A stretch of 64,000 nt of DNA, from assembly GCF_006345805.1 (NCBI RefSeq), contig NC_043004.1:83638001-83702000 (forward strand). Reading direction: 5' to 3'. The position numbers were made by a program, and so were the translations under genes. This DNA comes from Octopus sinensis (Eukaryota). Numbering within the stretch: the stretch's first letter is position 1; the number at the start of each line of letters is the position of its first letter. This document shows positions 11,901-24,529 of this stretch, in pieces. The notes beneath the pieces are model-generated. The model worked only from the letters and a program-made list of their open reading frames with translations, did no database searches and was not told where the DNA came from.

Positions 11901-12385
11901 TTTCTGGCAAGGATGTAGTCAATCTGGCTGGTGTGTCTGCCAGAACGGTAGGTGACTAGGTGAGAGGTGGGTTTCCTGAAGTTGGTATTGCAGACCATAA
12001 GGTCATTTGCATCGCAGAACTCCAGCAGCCTGGTTCCCTCCTCATTACGAGAGCCAAAACCGTAGCCTCCATGGACGTCATGGAAGCCCCCGACATGTCG
12101 TCCAACATGTCCATTGAAATCACCTGCCACGAAGAGAAGGTCACTGTCATTTGTCAACGAGGTAGACCGCAATAGGGTGTCATAGAATTGGTCTTTTTGT
12201 CCTTCCGGTAGCCCTGGTTGAGGGGCATATGCCGAGATGATGGTAGCTGTCCTATGGTGTAGGACTAATCTAATTTTAATTACTCTGTCACTTACTCTGA
12301 CTACCTCGATTACCTTACCTACCCATTTCTCCGCAAGAAGTATACCCACGCCCCCGACCCCGTCAGTGTTCCCTGCCCAGAAAAT
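8986..12385 (-). mobile_element. RTE-clade LINE, 5'-truncated; ORF2 with AP endonuclease and reverse transcriptase, frameshifted
   Basis: APE motifs [38 protein letters not shown] (11150-12394). RT motifs KAPGPSG, NYRGIKLL, QFGFVPGKST, FVDMEKAFD, GSVLSPLLF, LLYADDL, FRYLG, RGRGRPRKTW (9547-11133). 3' UTR ends ...gcggacgttaaacgatgatgat, a (GAT)n tail. Confidence 0.95.
9161..9373. repeat. About 62-bp tandem repeat (about 3.4 units) inside the RTE 3' UTR
   Basis: Unit ttatgtgccaccgacacaggtgccag...cggccacgctcggatggtgttt at 9161 and 9223, a diverged unit at 9286, and a partial unit near 9350. Confidence 0.85.
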
Positions 12386-12387
12386 CT

Positions 12388-12461
<74 letters not shown>

Positions 12462-12548
12462 TATATAAATATATATATATATACATATATATATATACAT
12501 ATATATATATATGTATGTATATATTGTATATATACATATATATATAAT

Positions 12549-12589
<41 letters not shown>

Positions 12590-12597
12590 GTATATAT

Positions 12598-12634
<37 letters not shown>

Positions 12635-12824
12635 AGAAAGTAATGTAAGAAAACATTACGGATGATATATTATAAAAAATTAAGATTATTGATGAATATA
12701 TCAATGACCAAACATGTTATAAAATATATAGAAGAACCTCTATAATTATGAACGAGTCACACTTATAACTGTGAAGGTTTCAAAACACTTACATTTTAAA
12801 AATAGCAGCCAAAACCGCTATGAA

Positions 12825-13100
12825 GCTATTTTATCACTCATATTATTTCTCTTCACAATAAAAACTGGCTGCAGGCGACATGAAAAATAGAATCCACAAC
12901 TTAAAAATAACTCGTTAATTCCCTATTGCAATTTCGACGTTAAGGACCTCTTAAGAGACCGATTTGTTTCGTCGGGGAGAAATATTCCTATAGACAGAAA
13001 TAAAACAAGACTTCACTTTGGGGCTAGTTCTGTATTATTTATCATGTCGGCCGCAGGCAGTTTTTATTGAGAAGAGATCTAATATTAGTAATAAAATGGC
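12825..13100. mobile_element. MITE-like foldback element with about 60-bp imperfect inverted arms
   Basis: 12825-12883 (gctattttatcactcatatt..tcttcacaataaaaactggctgcaggcgacatga) is inverted at 13042-13100. Confidence 0.6.
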
Positions 13101-13147
13101 TTTATATTTTTAACATGTAACGGTTTGAAACCCTTTTATTTATATAC

Positions 13148-13630
13148 GTTCTTCTTCTTATTCTTCTTCTTCTTCTTCGTCTTCTTCTTCTTCTTCTTCT
13201 TCTTCTTTTTCTTCTTCATCTTCTTCCGTTTCTTCTTCTATTTTTTCTTTTTCTTCTTCTACTTCTACTTCGTTTTCTTCTTCTTCTTTTTTTCTTCTTC
13301 TTGTTCTTGTTCTTCTTTTTCTTCTTGTTCTTGTTCTTGTTCTTGTTCTTTTTCTTCTTCTTCTTCTTCTTCTTCTTCTTCTTCTTCTTCTTCTTCTTCG
13401 TTTTCTTCTTTTTTTTTCTTGTTCTTATTTTCCTTCTCCTTTTTCTTCTCCTTCTTCCTTTTCTTCTTCTTTTTCTTATTGTTCTTGTTCTTGTTCTCGT
13501 TCTTCTTGTTCTTGTTCTTGTTCTCGTTCTTCTACTTTTCTTCTTATTCTTCTACATTTCTTCTTCGTCATCGTCGTCGTCTTCTTCTGTTTCTTCTTTT
13601 CTTCTTCTTCTTCTTCTTCTTCTTCTTCTT
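13148..13630. repeat. Long compound (TTC)n/(TTGTTC)n pyrimidine tract
   Basis: Directly visible. It generates the spurious poly-Phe/Ser ORFs. Confidence 0.95.
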
Positions 13631-13652
13631 TATATATATATACGTGTGGTGT

Positions 13653-13689
<37 letters not shown>

Positions 13690-14045
13690 CGTGTGTGTGT
13701 AGAGTGTTTTAAGTGGTGTACATATATTGTATATTAAGAAGGAGGCAGTCAGAATTTTGGATAAGACATTCTTAGCGCTTTCGTCAGTTCAATGAAACTT
13801 CAAGATATTATATATTGACGAGTTCGATAAATCGGATGAAAATGCTATTAATAAATTATGCAAAGTTCTCACTGCCTCCTCCATCTCTTTGAAATCTAAA
13901 GGCTGAAATTGGTGAAGGATAAAAACAAAATACGTAAGCACACTTAAGTTTCGAGTGAGAATTGGTTCTCAACGCACCGAAATTCTATGAATAATAGTCT
14001 GTAAATATTCGGTTTGAAAATATGCTGTTATTTACATCATTTATG

Positions 14046-14453
14046 GGACCTTTTCGGTTAGAACGGCAGTTTTGAACATAATTTCTAGGTAACTAAAAAA
14101 TTTTAAACTTCGTATACTGGTAGAACATCTTTTTCTCTTGGCTTTATTGAGAAAATTCTATAGTTTGTAAGATATTTGTTGTTGTTTTTCTTCAATTTCT
14201 GCAATTTCAACCAATCAATGACGTCCATTGAGGTAAACAACATTCTGTGCCGTATGAATATGTCCCTCGTTTAAGAAACAGATTGGGTTCATTTACATTT
14301 GTGAAGAAAAAAGATACCCTTTCCCCCACCCTAACTCTAACCGTAACCCTAAAATAGATTGAAATGCAACAGATCGATACTAGGGTCATAATTATGGGTT
14401 ACAATTTCATATGACACCGCTAGAAAAAACTGCCGGTCAAACCGAAAAGATCC
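14046..14453. mobile_element. MITE, copy 1, with about 24-bp TIRs and an internal CCCTAA-like tract
   Basis: Left TIR gggaccttttcggttagaacggcag, right TIR ctgccggtcaaaccgaaaagatcc. Body is homologous to 15456-15886 and 39813-40233. Confidence 0.85.
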
Positions 14454-15064
14454 CCATTTCCCAAAAAGAATTAGTTCACATTCTTTTGATAGTTTTATAT
14501 ACGTTTATGGCTTCAACAATATATGTGTGTGTGCGTGTTAGTGTTTGTGTACACAGCAATAACGCACATGTACACACACGCAAACACAGACACGTGTATT
14601 AGTGCTGACTGTCAGACGAAAAAGCACTTCGTATAGGGATAAATGATATTTCTATTTCGGACGAATCAGTCTCTTACTAGGTGCGCCGGATGGCTAGGCA
14701 ATATATACAAAATGAGCGTGCGTGCGTGTCTGCATGTTTTTGAATGTCTCTGAATTGTTGATGCATGTGTATGTACACGCTTGTCTGACATTCATGGATC
14801 AACGATTAAAAATGACACACTGTCCCATACAGAGAAAAATGTTGAAAACGAAAGAAGAACAGCAGAAATATAAATACAGTAGAACCTTTATGTGCTAAGA
14901 TTTGTGAAGTAAGATTTCCAGATCAAATCATTCTTCAGCGTGGAATTTTTTACGGGAATTATCATTACCACAACGCATTTGATAAAAACCAATGTCGGTT
15001 TATCGACAATGCCTTATGATTACTCTGCCTTCGGTTTAAACACATGCTTCGGAAATAATAATTA

Positions 15065-15271
15065 TTTCAAATTTTTGCCACAAGGGCAGCTTGCGGGAGG
15101 TGGGTTGAGTCGATTACATCGACCCCTATACTCAGCTGGCACTTATTTTATCGATATCGAAAGGATGAAATGCAAAGTCAACCTCGGCGTAACTTGAACT
15201 CAGAACGTAGCGACGGGCGACATACTGCTAAGAATTTCGTCCAGCTTGCTAACGATTCTGCCAGCGCGCCA
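15065..15271 (-). mobile_element. tRNA-derived SINE (family A)
   Basis: Reverse complement reads ggcgcgctggcagaatcgttagc...ttctgagttcaagttacgccgaggttgactttgcatttcatcc, matching 54791-55188. Confidence 0.8.
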
Positions 15272-15455
15272 CTATCCGCTTTGGAAACAATAATGTAGAA
15301 GGAACAATAAATAATATTTACTTACATCACTGGCGCTACATAATTAGACAAGTAAATGCCGGTCGTTTTCTTTTATAGTAACAGAGATGCTATAAGGTGC
15401 ACTTGCCTACCACGAATATGTTTATCATCAGACGCATTTCATTATTAGTTAAAAT

Positions 15456-15886
15456 GGATCTTTTCGGTTTGACCGGCAGATTTTTAAAATAATTTCCACG
15501 TAACTAAACGTATACTGGTAGAATGTGTTTATAAAACATCTTTTTCTCTTGGTTTTATTGAGAAAATTCTCTAGTTTGTAAGATATTTGTTGTATTTTTC
15601 CTTCAATTTCTGCAATTTCAACCAATCAATGACGAGTATTGAGGTGAAAACATTATGTGCCGTATGAATATGTCCCTCGTTTAAGAAACAGATTGGGTTT
15701 ATTTACATTTGTGAAGAAAAAAAGATACCCTTCCCCCACCCCTAAACTTAACCCTAACTAACCCTAACTCTAACCCTAAACCTAAAACAGACTGAAATGC
15801 AATAGATCGATACTAGGGTCATAATTATGGGTGACAATTTCATATGACACCGCTAGAAAAAACTGCCGGTCAAACCGAATATATCC
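15456..15886. mobile_element. MITE, copy 2, with TIRs and a (CCCTAA)n tract
   Basis: TIRs ggatcttttcggtttgaccggcag (15456-15479) and ctgccggtcaaaccgaatatatcc (15863-15886). Tract aaccctaactaaccctaactctaaccctaaacctaa near 15740-15786. Confidence 0.9.
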
Positions 15887-16189
15887 GTTAAAATATTATA
15901 TCATCCCTGTATTACATACGTAACCTTACTCATGTTTACATGTTTTTTGTGCGAAGTTTATCTCAGACAAATTTATTGTTTATATACTTCTATTATATAT
16001 AAGTGAAGGCAGGGCTGTTTCATTCCATGGTTTCCTTGTGAGATTCAGTCATATTGTATGCTAAAACTGGTGCTTTTGTTATAGTTCGTTTCTAACAAAC
16101 CACGTAGGTTTAGGGAAATTATATTGAACCCCATCTTATATATGTGTATGACAGATTGTGGTTGAATTAGAGAGTGTATATGTGCGTGT

Positions 16190-16380
16190 GTTTATCTTTG
16201 TGTTGTTCCCGCACTACGACTTGACAACCGATGTAGATTCTGCAGAAGAGATGGATGAAATACAACCCAGACTTTAAGAAGAAATATGTGCCGGGGTCCT
16301 TTTGTTCGACTAAACTCTTCAAGGCGGTGCCACCAGTATGGTAACAATGTAAGGACTAGAACAAGAAAAAGATAAAAGAC
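16190..16380 (+). mobile_element. SINE family C 3' half, degenerate
   Basis: ttgacaaccgatg...gttcgactaaa...aggcggtgccaccagtatgg...gactagaacaagaaaaag parallels the tail of the family C copies. Confidence 0.6.
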
Positions 16381-16639
16381 AAAAAAACACATTAATGTCC
16401 ATGTATTTATTGGTTCTTCGTCTCGTCACTGCTTGCAACAATCATGTTGAAATCAATTGTTTATTGAGCACGCCTGATGCTCAAATAGATCTGGTGGTGG
16501 TTAATTGACGGCTTGAAATTTTGAGACTGGTTGTAGGACTTTATTAATACGGTTTCACTGTTCTTCTTGTTACATAACTTCTCTTCATGTGATTCATGGT
16601 CCTTAAGATGGCGCGCTTGCGAAAGAGATATAGGAGGAA

Positions 16640-17017
16640 GCACTCCGTCGGTTACGACGACGAGGGTTCCGGTTGATCCGATCAACGGAACCGCCTGCTC
16701 GTGAATTTAACGTGTAAGTGGCTGAGCACTCCACAGACACGTGTATCCTTAACGTAGTTCTCGGGGATATTCAGCGTGTCACAGAGAGTGACAAGGCCGG
16801 CCCTTTGAAATACAGGTACAGCAGAAAAAGGAAGTAAGAGTGAGAGAAAGTTGTGGTGAAAGAGTACAGCAGGGATCACCACCATCCCCTGCCGGAGACT
16901 CGTGGAGCTTTTAGGTGTTTTCGCTCAATAAACACTCACAACGCCCTGTCTGGGAATCGAAACCGCGATCCTACGACCGCGAATCCGCTGCCCTAACCAC
17001 TGGGCCATTGCCCCTCC
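16640..17017 (-). mobile_element. tRNA-derived SINE (family B1), near full length
   Basis: Head ggcccagtggttagggcagcggattcgcggtcgtaggatcgcggtttcgattccc has A-box- and B-box-like motifs. Tail ...gatcaaccggaaccctcgtcgtcgtaaccgacggagtgc. Confidence 0.9.
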
Positions 17018-17049
17018 GCGAAAGAGATAACATGCTATACAAAATGATT

Positions 17050-17220
17050 TGCGGCATCGCGTCTGTCTTTCTTTACTCTTTGAGTTCAAATTCAGCGGAG
17101 GTCGACTTTACTTTTCATTCTTTCGGAATCGGAAAAATAAGTAGTACTTGAGCACTGGGGTCGATATAATCGATTTACCATTCGCCCGAAATTGCTGGCC
17201 TTGTGCCCAAACATGAAATC
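17050..17220 (+). mobile_element. SINE family A body fragment
   Basis: gagttcaaattcagcggaggtcgactttacttttcattctttcgg...cactggggtcgatataatcga. Confidence 0.75.
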
Positions 17221-17918
17221 TATATAATTGATGGTCAGAAAATTAGATATAGTAAATAACTACTGGAAAGTTTTAAGTCTGAGCTCAGCGTTTAAAGACA
17301 AATAACACGCATATAATTAAGTTGTGCAAATGCTGAAAATATACAAACTAAAACGATGTATAAATACATCAAACGCAGTTACCAAGACTTCTAAACTTCA
17401 TCCATATCATTCATGAATAACGCTACAGATATAATATAACAATAATAAAATACAAAACTGTATATATTCAAAGCGAACTGGCATGTAGTCAGTTATGAAG
17501 ATAAAACATGAAGCAATACTTAGACAGAAATACATTCAAAGAATAATTCTTCAAGGGATAATAAGCCATTCTTTTTACAAAATATTGTAAATAAGAAAGA
17601 AAAGCCAAAAATAATCATTAAGAAAAGAAAACATGCTAGTTTTTGGAACAGAAAAGAGCAGGAAATATTTCACACGCAAGACTATTTTCCATAAATCCAT
17701 CTCGAAACATCATAGATTGATATGACATCTATATGACAGGGGTATTGATTTCTGTCTTCTTCGTAAAATAAAATAGGTATTAGAAGTATTTACAACAGCC
17801 AATCATGCAAACGCACATGGAGGCACACATGTATTAGTAATCACATGAATCACATTGATATACATATACACGCACACATATATATATGTATGTATGTATG
17901 TATTATATATGTATATAT

Positions 17919-17967
<49 letters not shown>

Positions 17968-17969
17968 AT

Positions 17970-18004
<35 letters not shown>

Positions 18005-18295
18005 CATATTAAACCTTCGCTGGCATAGTGATACTAACACACACATACGCATTCATCATATAACGACATGTAATTTGTTTGTCTTTATACGCATGGTTTT
18101 GCGAAGGTCTCTCTCTTTCTCACTCTCTCTCCCTCACTCTTTAGCTCTGTATACCTATCCCGCAGTACGCACACATAAGCATGTATGTGTATAGATATAT
18201 ATTCATATATGTGTTTATGTGTGTGTGTTTGTGCGTGTGTGATGTGTATACACACACATATGTATATACACATAACATATGTATAATTGGATATT

Positions 18296-18655
18296 ATTCT
18301 TTTATTATTTTACTAGTTTCAGTTTAGATGGCAATGTCAGGGCCTCGACTTTGATATTAATTCAATTTCACTACATCAAAGCCAATCTGATATTTGACTT
18401 TTGGTAGGATTGTGATATTTTCTGTCCATATCTGTGTTTACCTCGACGAGATAGGTTCATCCAGAACTATTGACAGAAGGAAATCCAGTTTTGTTATGAA
18501 GGTATCTAAATCCACTACATGTATATCTCTTAGGTTATTGTGTGGGATATCTAATATCTCTGGGCAATTGAATCCCGATCTGTTGCTGCATCTGCCAAGA
18601 ATCTCGATAGCGAAATTGAGAATTTTCCCATTCAGCACTGGAGCCCCGTTCTAGT
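18296..18655 (-). mobile_element. CR1/L2-group LINE 3' end (ORF2 C-terminus plus tail), decayed
   Basis: Minus frame NLRDIHVVDLDTFITKLDFLLSIVLDEP resembles the recalled CR1-group terminus (LP..LR....V..FK.KLD..L..VPDEP). The tail ends ...ctgaaactagtaaaataataaaagaat. Confidence 0.6.
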
Positions 18656-18994
18656 TTTCGTGTAACTTTCATTGGCAAAGTTTGGTACAAGACCTTCCAG
18701 GATTTTCAGGATGAATATGATTGCATATATTTCAGTTTTTCGTTCTTATCTTGTACACAGACACACGCGCACGCACACACAGATATATTATGTTAAAGCC
18801 GAAACATCGTTGTCACCGTCAGCTCTCATCATATAAAACTGAAAAGATGGCGGCGTGGATTTCCACCCAGACATAAGAAACTCGGAGTTTTATCATGGCT
18901 ACGAATAATTGTCACATATTACATTTACAGAAAAAAATCCTCTATTTACAAAATATCGAGTCTCTTTCATTCTTTGTTGTCTTACCATTTCTAT

Positions 18995-19072
<78 letters not shown>

Positions 19073-19083
19073 ATTATATATAT

Positions 19084-19590
19084 ACTAGCAGTATTGCCCG
19101 GCTTTGCAAAATGGTCACATTTAATTCAAAGCGTTAAACATGTTATGAAAACAATTGGTATGTGTTCACAAAGTCCAAACGATTAATACGAAATAACCCT
19201 CCAGGCTACATCCCGAAAATTCATTTCTTTGCCGAATTTCTACAATGTTTATGGCGATTCGTTTTCATATCTTCATTTTTTATTTTTCATGCAATTTACG
19301 CATGCTTGCACGCGTGGTGAACACAGTTCACGTCAAACAGCTGACAGAGTAAAGTTCACTATTCAATGCATGGGATAAGGTCTAAACAAACACATTATCG
19401 ATTTTTGCACTTGCGAGATGAATTTCGGAACAGAAATAGCGCAGTTCAATTTTCTTTCGCCTAAACTTTAAGTGACCCATTTTTGGTGGTTCAACGATTT
19501 GTTGGCTAGGAGGAGATGTGCTGGGAAGTTAAACACACAGACACACACACGAATACACACACAGACACACAAGTTGAGATTTATATATAT
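19084..19590 (+). mobile_element. Probable non-autonomous Helitron/Helentron-like element
   Basis: Begins actagcagtattgcccggctttgc and ends acagacacacaag...tttatatatatat. These terminal patterns are typical of invertebrate HINE/DINE-like elements (recalled pattern). No coding sequence. Confidence 0.45.
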
Positions 19591-20051
19591 ATGAAAAAAC
19601 AAGTCAAGATAGAAAATGCAAAAATAATTTTATAAAGAACATTTCAATATATATATATATATTTATAACATATGGTATAATTATAATCGGCAATTTATTT
19701 CCATTTTTCTGCAGACTAACCGTTTTGACCGTTCTACCGATCTTCCTCAATTAGATCGCTGCTTTTACTAATAGACATTAAATGAAAATATGCCAAATAT
19801 TCCATCGCATACATTTGAACACAGAGGGATGGCATAAGAAGCAGCGATCACAAAAATATTTTGTCTGCAATATCTCAGGATATTCACTTGCCTTAGGAAT
19901 AGACACACACATACACACGCACACAACTACTATGACTAAGGCTCAAACACATACACACATGTATATGAGTAAGTAGTGCTTGTATATGTGGGTGTATGGA
20001 TGTTTATGTATATATATGTGAGTGAGTGTGTGTATGAGTTGTGTGTATGTA

Positions 20052-20090
<39 letters not shown>

Positions 20091-20100
20091 TATATATATA

Positions 20101-20177
<77 letters not shown>

Positions 20178-20427
20178 AATATGCTATAATTATAAACATA
20201 ATTATAATTAGGGTTCAGCTAATTGCTACAGCATATACCGAATTTAGAAATAGGATTTAAAAGTTGACCAAGGTGCTATATATTGGGATTGAACACGTTA
20301 CCATGTGCTTTGGAAAGAAGCTTCTTACTACACATCCATGCCTACGCCAGTGTGTGTGTATATATATATATTATATATATATATATACATATATCTCTAT
20401 CTTTCTATCTCTCTCTCTCTCTTCCTG

Positions 20428-20460
<33 letters not shown>

Positions 20461-20489
20461 GTATATGTATATATATATATGTATATATG

Positions 20490-20536
<47 letters not shown>

Positions 20537-20552
20537 TATGTATATATATATG

Positions 20553-20583
<31 letters not shown>

Positions 20584-20814
20584 TCCTTTGTGTCCTGTTT
20601 TTCATTTATTTCATTTGATACACATATATATATATATATATATATGTGTGCGTGTGTGTGTATGTGTTTATCAGTCTATCTATTTATCTATCGTTCTGTC
20701 GATCTATGTACCTAACTATTTATATATTATATGAATAACATATAGTCTATTGGCTCATTTTTCTATACGGAGGTTGTAAAAATTTCTAAAATCTTTATTA
20801 CCCTGATATTATTA

Positions 20815-20864
<50 letters not shown>

Positions 20865-21564
20865 GAGAGAGGGAAATAGATCTGTATGAAGATGTAGATA
20901 TAAAAGCATATATATATATATATATATATACATATACATGGACAGATAGATAAATAGATAGATAAATAGATAGATAGATTGAGAGAGAGAGAGAAAGAAA
21001 GAAAGAAAGAGATAGAGACAGATAGACAGAGACAGAGAGAGAGAAGATTAGATTTACCACCAGAAAATATTCTAAATAAATTTTATGCACACTGCTTGTC
21101 CACTCGCATAAATCCATCAAACATTGCTGCGTGATATCTGCTATTAAAATACATTTGTTTTATAAAAACTCATTTTCTAATAGTGTACGTAATTTTATAC
21201 CTATTTATTCTTGCAGAAATATCAGATAAAATAGACAATTTGAGATTCTTTGTCTATATGCAAAAATTTATAGACAAATCCCTCTTTAAAGAGAATTATA
21301 CGTCAAGATTCCTTCTCTTTCTCTCCCACCATCTCTCTCCGACTCTCTCTTTATGTATATGTCTGTGTGTATGCGTGTGTGTGTGTGCGTGTGTGTATGA
21401 GGGTGTACATATGTATATATATATATTTGTGTGTGTGTGTGTGTTTATGTAATATATATATATTTATGTAATGATTGTAGTGTGCGATAACTTCATTGAT
21501 CGCGCGAATGAAATTACACGATACAGATATATGTGCCTCTATGTACATACAAGTTATACAAGTC

Positions 21565-21595
<31 letters not shown>

Positions 21596-22206
21596 AATAT
21601 ATATATATATATGTATATATGTATATATATATATATATTTATACACGAATACACACGCCGATAAACCCACAGAAATGTTTACATGCATTTATAAAGATAG
21701 ATAGATAGGTAGATAGGCAGACACGTATACACACACACACAACACACACACACACACACACACACTGACACACACATAGATACTGAGTGCTTATGCATTT
21801 TAATCTGTTCGATCTCTCAACATCGCATAACCCACGCATATTATTTCCGCTCGTATTCTCGTGAATTCGATTCCATTGAAATATATAAATACATAAGATA
21901 CACACACACACACACAGACATACGCTTATTCACACTCTCACACATGCACACGCACACGCACCGACGCGCACACGGGCACCCATAGATGTTTGCTGCGTGC
22001 ATGACTGTATCTGTTGCAGCGTGCGTGTGTCTGTGAACGCTTGAATTTTTGTATACTGTGTAGTTGAAACTATTTGTTGTTTGCGCCAATACCACATATT
22101 TTCTCTTCAAATGTATTAAATGTGTAACCTCAACTCGGTGGAATAATTTTCTTTTCAATAGCTCCATTCTTCCTTCGCTGATTCAATATTTCTGTACTGT
22201 TTTATT

Positions 22207-22623
22207 TTACTCTTTTACTTGCTTCAGTCATTTGACTGCGGCCATGTTGGAGCACCCCATTTAGTCGAGCAAATCGACCCCAGGACTTATTCTTTTTAAA
22301 GTCTATTACTTATTCTATCGGTCTCATTTGCGGAACCGCTAGGTTACAGGTACGTAAACACACCAGCATCGATTGTCAGGCGATGCTGGGGGGGGGGGAG
22401 GGACAAACGCAGACACACAAACGCACACACATACACATATATATATATATACATATATACGACGGGTTTCTTTCAGTTTCCGTCTACGAAATCCACTCAC
22501 AAGGCTTTGGTCGGCCCGAGGCAATAGTAGAAGACACTTGCCCAAGGTGCCACGCAGTGGGACTGAACCCGGAACCCTGTTGTTGGTAAGCAAGCTACTT
22601 ACCACACAGCCACTCCTACGCCT
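22207..22623 (-). mobile_element. tRNA-derived SINE (family C, CORE-like), full length with internal microsatellite
   Basis: Head aggcgtaggagtggctgtgtggtaag..gggttcagtcccactgcgtggcaccttgggcaagtgtctt, internal (TA/TG)n, tail ...ccaacatggccgcagtcaaatgactgaagcaagtaaaagagtaaaa. Confidence 0.9.
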
Positions 22624-23187
22624 AGTGGATTTCAGAAATCTGTGAGCAATGAATTTGTTATGAAATAGATCATTCTCATGTATACAAAGATTTGCATCTC
22701 TCCCACCTCTGCCGTCTCTAACTCTCTCTCTCCCTCTCTTTCATACACTCCCTCTGACTCTCTCTTTCTGTCCATCACTTTCGCTCAATTTCCCTGTTGT
22801 CCTTAGAGGTACTCTTATCTAATTTGATAATCGTACTATTCTGAACAAATCTGAGACACGTACATGGATATACAAATACTAATACAGATACGTGCACACA
22901 TACGTATACATATAAGAAACAGAATCGCTCTAAATTCCTATATCAGTGTGTCATTAATTATCCATTCTGGAACCTTCTTAACTTTATAATTATTTATCAA
23001 AACTTCTGGTTCTTCATTTGCGCAGTGGTTTGAACTGGGATGCAGAGCACACCCAGTAAATTACTTCCACTCCATGCATAGTGTTTATCAATTGCAACAT
23101 GGTATATGCACATACATACACATAAATATATACGGATGGATTCATGTATATATGCATACGCACAAATATATATATGTATACATACAG

Positions 23188-23227
<40 letters not shown>

Positions 23228-23408
23228 TTATATATTTTGATAGTTCGCTTAGGTATATCGATTTTCAATATACACATGCTTCAGAACCAAGCTGTCGGTC
23301 GAGTACGGAGCGGTAAAAAGAAATTAGAAACACACAGACACACGAACGCACGCACACGCACACAACACGCAAAATAGACGTGCATTCACACGCACAAATA
23401 TATATATA

Positions 23409-23600
23409 GGGGGAGTTTACGAAAAAAACAAAAGACGAAGATAGGTGGTGTACAAAACAAACCGATGTATTAGTGTAACGCTCAGGAATAGAAAAAGTCT
23501 TTTACGTTTCGAGCCTACGCTCCTCTACAGAAAAGTACACAGAAAAAACAAGGAGAGCCAAAAAAATTGTGTAGTGGCTAACGATCTATCATGGCGACCG
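23409..23600 (-). mobile_element. PLE pseudo-LTR fragment with degenerate hammerhead
   Basis: Minus 23503-23530: CTGTAGA-G-GAGC-gtag-GCTC-GAAAC-GTA, with one core mismatch. Bounded by (TA)n. Confidence 0.55.
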
Positions 23601-24529
23601 TGTATATATATATATATATATATACATATATTGGAAGAAAGAGAGAGTGTGTGAGAGACAAGAAGGGTGAGAGAGATAGAAAAGGAAAGAATAACAAGAT
23701 ACTGACAGGGAATGATCAACGTTAAAATCTTTAATGTTTCTACGCAGAGAAACGAAGAGACAAACAAATGGAGATTCAAAAACCCGTGTTGGATTAACAT
23801 ATTCTCTGTTCTTTCCGTCTCTGTCTTTGTCTCTCTGTCTCTCCCTCCCTCTCCCTCCCTCTCCCTCTCTCTTTATATATAAATATATCCCCAACTCTCC
23901 ATTTTCTTACTTTATTATATATATATATATATATATATATAAATATATAAAGAGTATAAAATTATGACTTTTTAAACTTCTTTAGTGTTTGATTTGAATC
24001 CCTCCAAGAAAGATCTATACTTCGTTTCATAAAAACAAAAAACCTGAAGTTTTCTGCGCCACACAGTTTGGAGTGATAACCAATTTTTAACATTGGATGT
24101 ATACGAAAACAAGGACGTGTAACACACTCCGTTTTTTTCCCCGTCCTTGTTTTCTTTGTATCGTCTATCTCGATGTTTTGCTGTCCCTTTTTTGTATCAC
24201 CTGTCTGGATGTTTTGCGTTCTTGTCCCATTTTCTATTATATATATATAGCGCCGTACGCACACTTTGGTCTCTCTCTCTCTCTCTGTATATATATATAT
24301 ATAATATATATATATATACACACACGCACACACGCACAAACACACATATATATCATTGTAAAGGGGCAACAATTATATATCCTCTCTATGGGAAATCTGC
24401 AATAGCTCCATAACTACCATCTCGGCTTACAACCCTAGAGCCCTAGTAATCCGTTAAATCACACTTACCTAGCGTACCTAATCGTTTAGCTCACCTGTGA
24501 ACTAAACGCCCATGTTTCGTGTATATATA

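Noticed and set aside
16940-17017. tRNA gene calls for SINE heads
   Set aside because: A- and B-box-like motifs run directly into SINE bodies and recur in many diverged copies, so they are not standalone tRNA genes.
18844-18855. AAGATGGCGGCG YY1-like, promoter-type motif (also aagatggcg at 16605)
   Set aside because: No CpG-rich promoter context, and the frame closes after nine codons. A single motif is not enough.
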